Assembly: GCF_006345805.1 (NCBI RefSeq)
Contig: NC_043017.1
Coordinates: 21,018,001 to 21,082,000, forward strand
Reading direction: 5' to 3'
Length of the DNA: 64,000 nucleotides
Source: Octopus sinensis
Lineage: Eukaryota
The position numbers and the translations under genes are program-made. Of the stretch, positions 62,238 to 64,000 are shown in pieces. The notes beneath the pieces were generated by a model. The model was given only the letters and a program-made list of their open reading frames with translations, was not told where the DNA came from and did no database searches. The number at the start of each line of letters is the position of its first letter. Position 1 is the first letter of the stretch.

Positions 62238-63054
62238 CTGTATACATGTTTGTGTGTAGATATATGATACACATACACACATTCATATAAAAAAGCATGT
62301 ATGTGTGTGTATATGGATATATGAATGCATGTTTGTGTGTGTGTATATATTAACACACATGTGGGCACACGCACACATATATATATATGTATATATATAT
62401 GTACAGACTTGTATATACATGTATATGTTTATATATATAGGTATATATATGTGTGCGTGTGTGTATGTATATATATATACATGTGTGAATATATATATTT
62501 CTACATATATGTGTGTATATATATGTTATATATAATGCTTATATGGGTTGTGTATATATTATATATATATATGTATATATATATATTTATGCATGCATGT
62601 ATGTGTGTGTGTTTGTGAACAGAGCTGAGTCTATGTATGTTCAAGGGAAGTACATATAAATTACATTTCTTTGTGTATATGTGTGTGTTTGTGTGTGTGC
62701 ATCTGTGTGAAAACACACACACAAACACACACACAAATAACAATTCCGAGGTCCCTTCATCTGCTGGTCCCTTTTCAAATACAAAACAAGCGTATGTCTT
62801 TGGTGTGGGTATGTGCCTGTAACAGTGTCTATGCGTACGTGGAGTAAAGGGGCTCCTGTTCACTATGATTCATAAATCAAACGCAGGTCATCCTACCCAG
62901 GAACAGTCATTATTGATGACCGGTCTTTTCATATGAATCAAAACCGAAAACGGGAGGTCAATTTGGAGTTTAATGACAGTCAAAGAGGCAACTTTATGAG
63001 GCCAGAGTAATTATGGCTCACATTTTGCTTGCTCTCTCCCCCTCTCTCCCTCTC

Positions 63055-63605
63055 TTGTAGAGGTGGTTGTCGTTGTTGTTGTGGTGGTGGTCTTGATGGC
63101 TGTAGTGGTGGTGGTGATAGTGGTTATGTTGGTGGTGGTAGTGGTGTTGGTTGTGGTTGTAGAGGTAGTGACAGTGGTGTTGGTGGTTTTGGTGATAATA
63201 GTAGTGATGGTAATGGTGGTGGTTGCGGTTGTGGTAGTGAAAGTGGTGGTGGTCATGATGGTTGTAGTGATGGTGGTGATTGTGGTGTTGGTTGTGGTGG
63301 TTATGGTGCTGGTTGTGGTGGTAGTGTTTGTGGTGGTGATGTTTGTGGTGGTGGCGTTTGTGGTGGTGATGGTTGTGGTTGTGGTGGTGGCTGTTGGTGT
63401 GGTGGTGATGGTTATGGTGGTAATTGTGATGGTATTGGTGGTAGTGGTGATGGTGGTAGTGATGGTGTTGGTAGTGGAGGTGGTGGTTATGGTGAGTGTG
63501 GTGTTGGTAGTGGTTGTGGTAGTAGACATAGTCATAGTGGAAGGGTTGGCAGTGGTGATGGTAGAAGTAGCAGTGGAATTAGTAGTAGTAGTAGTAGTAG
63601 TAGTA
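63055..63605. repeat. (GGT/GTT/GAT)n low-complexity field
   Basis: Directly visible; gives Gly/Cys-, Val- and Thr-rich spurious ORFs. Confidence 0.92.
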
Positions 63606-63926
63606 TAGCAGCAGCAGCAATGGTAGGCTGGTTGGCTGTCTGCTTGCTATTATTTAGACAAGTAAAAATTAGAATCTGTAACAAGGAAGAAGATACTTTT
63701 GAATAATTTATGAAGAGCCCAACGAAGAATTTTAAAATGGTATAATGACTGCAAGAATTAAGAATTCCTTCAGCAGACACTGTAAAGGAATGGCTGATCA
63801 CTACGAGACCAGTGCCACATCACACAGAGCATCTACATGGTTGCTAGAAACAAGAGCTACATTTCTTTCATATCATGGTCTGTCTATTTTTTTAAAAAAA
63901 CAAAACTAAGGATATTTTGCATGATG

Positions 63927-64000
63927 TGGTGCAGGTGTGGCTGTGTGGTAAGAAGCTTGCTTGCCAACTACCTGGTTTTGTGTTCTGTCCCACTGCCTGG
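63927..64000 (+). mobile_element. SINE family A head, cut by window edge
   Basis: GGTGCAGGTGTGGCTGTGTGGTAAGAAGCTTGCTTGCCAAC. Confidence 0.85.

Noticed and set aside
63029-63706. 225 aa Gly/Cys-rich ORF resembling keratin-associated or suckerin-like proteins
   Set aside because: Degenerate (GGT)n tract open in several frames; no modular suckerin pattern or signal peptide.

Overview
Eukaryotic, extremely repeat-rich non-coding DNA, most likely from an octopus (coleoid cephalopod). That call rests on recognising the SINE and LINE families plus the very high density of (TA)n, (CA)n, (TACA)n, (AAT)n and (CAC)n tracts; no search was run. I could not identify a host protein-coding gene: nearly all listed ORFs are microsatellite read-throughs, and the only recognisable protein fragments are decayed retrotransposon or transposase ends. 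The window holds at least four tRNA-derived SINE families, 3' ends of RTE, BovB-like and CR1 LINEs, at least six 5'-truncated R4/Dong-like restriction-endonuclease (RLE) elements sitting in (AAT)n or (TACA)n arrays, two Helitrons (one carrying a piggyBac transposase remnant), a Helentron/HINE, piggyBac MITEs and many fold-back palindromes. The most novel signal is three unrelated short repeat families that each carry a minimal, Penelope-type hammerhead ribozyme fold with a palindromic stem III. One has a G3:C8-swapped core, one has a non-A6 core, and one sits behind a tRNA-derived Pol III head. All copies here are partly decayed, so activity is a hypothesis. Repeat boundaries are approximate, read by eye.
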